From: Amoebophrya sp. A120
Lineage: Eukaryota; Protista; Dinoflagellata
NCBI GenBank assembly: GCA_905178155.1
Contig: CAJINV010000016.1
Span: forward strand, 644,259 to 708,258
DNA length: 64,000 nucleotides
Direction of reading: 5' to 3'
Shown here: positions 59,901 through 64,000 of the stretch, piece after piece
Numbering within the stretch: the first letter of the stretch is position 1
Layout of the letters: each line of letters begins with the position of its first letter
Position numbers and translations under genes: made by a program
Notes under the pieces: model-generated
The model's database searches: none
Seen by the model: the letters and a program-made list of their open reading frames with translations, nothing else
Told to the model about the DNA's origin: nothing

Positions 59901-62900
59901 GTCTGGAATGCGGGACTTAGCATGACAGACTCTGCGAGGGCTCTGCCATGCTTATTCTGCATGAGAAACTCCCTTCCAACTTGGTCAAAAGTGGACAGCT
60001 TTTGGCACTCATGCAACACAGATTTTTGCATGCTTCAGATTTACCATGACAGGTTGCAATCTTCCACACCCAGACATTTTTGCAGTTCATACCCACCGAC
60101 CTGAAGCACTTCCGGCGCGAGTTTGTGAAGCGGGTTCCGCTATGCATTGCAAATAAGTCTGGGTCTGGAAAGTTGTGATGCTAATGATCGCATGATGCGC
60201 GGCAACCTGTATTACGTGGCTGCGCATGACAAGTTTCTGAGCGGCCATGTCTAGCGTTAATCGCATGAGAAATCATCGCCTTTTTGCATGACAAACAAGT
60301 CACGCTGTAGCACAACAAGCATGACAGACTTTTCTGTCTTGTCGGCCAAGCATGACAAACTTACTTGCACTCTTCCACACCCAGACATGTTTGCAAATGA
60401 TACCCGAACCCGATTTTGGACACCAAAATCCCGTCCGACGTCTATTACAGTGAAAAGTGCCCCCCACCCCCAAAGTTGCAAAAATTTGTGATGCGAAGTT
60501 TCCAAATGAAACCTTTTTGTCATGCATGAAAGGAACATGAATCTTTCTGATGCAGATTCTAGTGTTGTTTCGCATCGCTTGCATGACAAGCACCGCTCTT
60601 GCTGGGATCTTTTGCAATACAAATTTTTGCTATTCACGATTGGAAAGCTGTGATGCTGATACATGCAAGAGGGCCAATGTTTCATTTGGAAAGGTTTGCA
60701 ATACAAATGCTTTCAAGTTCGGGGGTGGGGGCATTTTTCATTGTAATAACGTCGACCTGAAATTGAAGTACGGCGAGCAGGAACTGCCGTTTAGCTCCTT
60801 GGAGGAGGTCCACAACCTGTTGACGAAGTTCCACCCGGAGTTTATCGGAAAAAGGTTCAGCGTGGTGAAATCTCTGCAGGAGTTGCAGAAGCAGTACTTG
60901 TATCAAATGCAATGTCTACTTTGTGTGTCTACTTTGTCATGCATCTCATGGATAATTGCCTCGGTGGTCTGGAATGCACAGAGGAGCAATGTCACAGATT
61001 GCACAAGGGCTTCTTAATGCCTTGTACTCATGAAAAATTCGCGTTCTTTTGCGTAAGCAAGAAGTGGGCAGGTTTTGGCGTAGTTCCTGCAACGCAGATG
61101 TTTTTGCATTGGATCCAGACTCGGCATGAGAAGTTGCACAATCTTTCCAGACGCAGACACATTTGCAATGCATAGCTTGGAACTGAACGGCAACACCGCC
61201 GAAACCGCAGGAGCGGGGGAAAAGCTTGTGGCTGCGGATCCAATACTTCCCGAGGACGAGAAATACCACGATGCCGGCTTCGACGCCTTGCAAACGGCGA
61301 AGGTGTTTCTCGGCCTGACCACGCAGGAAAAATTTACCTGCGAGCCGAATGTGTTGCCCTTGTCTGGGCGACACCTTTTCCGGGTTCTGTTGCAGCAGGA
61401 CAGCGTCACGAGCAATGGGTCCGCAAGATTTGCTGCAGAATCGTCTGAGCTTCATCATAGCGCAGGGCTGGAGCCGCCGGTGCAGCGGCTGATCCCAGAT
61501 CCGAGTGTGGAGGAGAGGAACAATATCAAAAGGAAAAATCCCCCCTCCCCATATCGAAATAGAAATCTGTGATGCGGGATTTGTGTACACAAATCGGCTT
61601 TGTCTTGCAGTAGAGGACTGCAGGCAGATACAGAGCGGCAGGAGGGGCGTTGTGGTATAGCCGCCTAACAAGGCAGGCATATCCTCCGCAGGCCGTGCAG
61701 CATTACAAATTGCCTGCGGAACGCGGCCAGGTTTTGGGATTTGCCTTCTTGCAAGACAGAGACGATTTGTGGTCTCAAATCAGCATCATAAATTTTCGGG
61801 AGTATTCCACTTTGGTATGGGGAGGAAGGATTTTTCTTCACGATAAACAAGGGGGACAAGAAAAACAAAAGAATTTCCCATGTGAAAGTGTTTTATGCAA
61901 CATGGAGAAAAGACTTTCTCTCTAGCATTATCGTATACAGCTACAACATGAAGTGAGGCTGGTGGCGATTTTTTGCATTCTCTACTAGTACCACTGGGAA
62001 TTATGAAATTTGTGTCTGTCGATGTTGTATGTAGAGCTGTGGACCAAGAAAATTAGAGTGCGATGACGCAGTTTCTTTTCGCAAGTTGTACATGTTCCTA
62101 CGGTTATCGGTAGTCTTTTCCCGCTCGATACTTCTGCCAACATCACGAACGTTGGGCTTACTCAGGGCGCAATGAGTGGCAACAACCAGGCGAACTCGCA
62201 GTCCCAGCACCAACAATCGTCCAACTCGCTCGCCCGGCTGGATTTCAACGCGATGCAAACCGTTCTCGGGAAGGTCCTCGGGATGGAGGAGAATAAATCG
62301 CTGCAAGCGAGTAATTTCACCCTCCAGCACTTTCGCTTTCTGCACGAGGGAACCGCACTTGCCGTGATTGAGGAGGACGTGTATGATGGTGGTCTTCATG
62401 CTGCCGGAACGTCAGACAAAGGGACCACTACAACGACAACAAAGGCCAGCACGTCGACAGCAGGGACAAGCTATCAAATCGGCACCCTGCTAGACAAGCT
62501 GCAGCATGCGTTCAAAACGGAGAAGAACTTTCACTTCAACGTCTGCGAGCTGCCGGAATACGAGGACGCCATTGAGTCTTCGTTATGAGAAGTAGAGCAC
62601 ACAAGAGTTATTGATTTCCTCCCGTCCTACTTGTTTGGAGGGCCTGAGCAGCAACAGTCTCTGCATGGAAAATCGAGCTTCTGTATGGAGTGTAGTACTG
62701 TTTAGATGAATGGTGCATAGAATGATGCAGTACTACTTGTGACACAGGCATTAGCGAGAGTTGGGGTTCTTTTGCATGGCAAATGATTGGCATTAGGTGT
62801 GTTTTTGTGCTCTTCCATATTCCTTTGTCTCCGTCTCCAAGGATCACGCTTCCTCGACGAAAAATTCGGGCACGAGTGGAGCAGGAGGGAACACCAAGCC

Positions 62901-63435
62901 CGCGATGACCGCTGGAACGGCAAATCATGTTGGAGGTGACCATAGTACGACCTCCTCTGTGATGAACTTATCTGGTGGCGACGTGGGCAGCAGCTCCATG
63001 GATCGCACGCGCAGCAGTGCGACAGATGGTCGGGGCGGTGGCTCGCAGTACCAGGAGCGGGTTGGGAACGCGAGCATCCTCGTTATCGATGAGGACGTGG
63101 ATATGTTGACGAAGCCAGCGACCACAGCTGGGGGAATGACGAAGAAGGGCGGTAAATCTTCGGAGCAAAACCAGAATGGAAAAAATACGGAGAACCAGCA
63201 CACCAAGAGCGAGTCGAAGGAAAATGACAGGAACAACATCAGCCACAAGCCCGCGTTGTATCATAATCACAACAAGATTTTTCTGACGAAGGTGGAGAAA
63301 ACCAATATCATCGGGAATTTCGGCAATAACTTCAATCGCGGAGGTGCCGTGAAGACAAATCGGCACGTGCCGGAAGTCAGCGGAGAAAACTTGCTGTTCT
63401 ATCCACCGGCAAAACGGCTGAAGTCTTCGGAATGA
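56978..63435 (+). CDS. PARN: Poly(A)-specific ribonuclease PARN / CAF1-family DEDDh deadenylase
   Basis: MDVTLENFDQLLP...YISIDLEMTGI (ExoI), MQIGICC, PFNFYV, FDFQKW, VGFRHIW...VILHNGFFDLLFLF (ExoII), ILDTK, YHDAGFDALQTAKVF (ExoIII); C-terminal extent inferred through a degenerate introner at 62584-62819. Confidence 0.9.
57956..58217. mobile_element. Introner, family A
   Basis: Family A TIR; DR CAACC; reverse complement of the 53191 copy. Confidence 0.93.
58264..58543. mobile_element. Introner, family B
   Basis: Family B TIR; DR CGTTT; joins MNAF|RAKF. Confidence 0.9.
58636..58907. mobile_element. Introner, family A variant
   Basis: IR CAAATATCGATCTGGGTCTGGA; DR ATGCG/ACGCG. Confidence 0.9.
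59020..59696. other. Long non-canonical intron in PARN, probably a degenerate introner with a GGCGCC-rich insertion
   Basis: Separates EERKK from SHLRARVGFRH; starts TATC, no GT-AG; exact boundaries uncertain. Confidence 0.5.
59831..60091. mobile_element. Introner, family A
   Basis: Family A TIR; DR CCCAC; joins PLPT|DLKHF. Confidence 0.93.
60141..60402. mobile_element. Introner, family A
   Basis: Family A TIR; DR TCCGC/CCCGA; removal restores PILDTK. Confidence 0.88.
60443..60748. mobile_element. Introner, family D
   Basis: Family D TIR; DR ACGTC; reverse orientation relative to 40249. Confidence 0.92.
60901..61174. mobile_element. Introner, family A (diverged)
   Basis: DR ACTTG/GCTTG; joins KQYL|ELNG. 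Confidence 0.85.
61524..61845. mobile_element. Introner, family C
   Basis: Family C TIR; DR AACAA. Confidence 0.9.
62584..62819. mobile_element. Highly degenerate introner
   Basis: TATG...CATA ends with residual IR (AGAGCACA / TGTGCTCT); DR TTCGT/TTCCT; joins IESS|FVSVS. Confidence 0.7.
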
Positions 63436-64000
63436 TGACGTAGACCGGGCTGTTGTATGACGGGTAAAAATTCTACGGCTTTCACGAGATGGAGACCTCC
63501 GATGCAATGGCCGGTCTTGCTGCGAGTGGCTGAAGAAGATGATCAACGACGAGTATGCACTGGCAATAACTCTTGTACCTGAAGACGATCTTGCGCCTGC
63601 CCTTTCGGAGCGACATCCTTTGCCTTGCGCAGGCTATTAGAGTTGTCAGTTTGATGAATGGTGCAGCTTCGGAGCAGTCAAGGCAATAATGTAATTAGTT
63701 GTGTCACCAGCTCTACTCATTTGCAAGAGATTTTTGCAAAAGGCATGATCTTGTTCACAAAGCAAAAGACAACTCCTAGGCTGGCATCTACGCCAGGCAA
63801 GACGCCTCGCCTCGCGCGTTACTTGGTACGCGGAGCAGGCTGCCCGGCTTTTCTGCCTCCGGATCTCGTTCCGCAATCTTGCGGGACAACGTTCGGAGGC
63901 AGAGGTAGATCACCATCCTGGCCAGCCAACGAGATGCTTGCCCCTGTGATGGCTGCCGCCAAAGCGGCAGGGTTTTGGTCAGGGTTTTGCTCCGAAAAGG

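Noticed and set aside
1500-61900. Recurring peptides such as [24 protein letters not shown] and PDPDIF as a protein repeat family
   Set aside because: They are translations of the introner TIRs in different frames, not a protein domain.
661-62819. Ciliate-type TA-bounded IESs
   Set aside because: Not favoured: frame restoration needs removal of both TAs plus 5 flanking nt, whereas Paramecium-type IES excision leaves one TA. DNA-level excision cannot be formally excluded without read data.

Overview
Gene-dense eukaryotic DNA. It is probably a parasitic alveolate of the Amoebophrya/Syndiniales type, which is an inference from intron architecture alone. The window holds two minus-strand genes (a TTLL tubulin polyglutamylase and a low-complexity hypothetical protein), a ~3-kb strand-switch region, and then only plus-strand genes: an ER-type fucosyltransferase-like protein ending in KTEL, a MOK kinase, a very long uncharacterised multi-exon gene, a Pumilio/PUF protein, an intronless AP2-like ORF and PARN deadenylase. 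The dominant feature is about 63 MITE-like introner elements. They are mostly 150-335 bp, fall into at least 7 terminal-inverted-repeat (TIR) families, have TA...TA termini and 5-bp direct repeats (DR), and lie only inside coding sequence. Removing element plus 5 nt restores the reading frame even though most have no GT-AG, they occur in both orientations, and the 5-nt geometry persists where the DR has decayed. Three introners carry nested transposons. Coordinates were read by hand and may be off by 1-2 nt.
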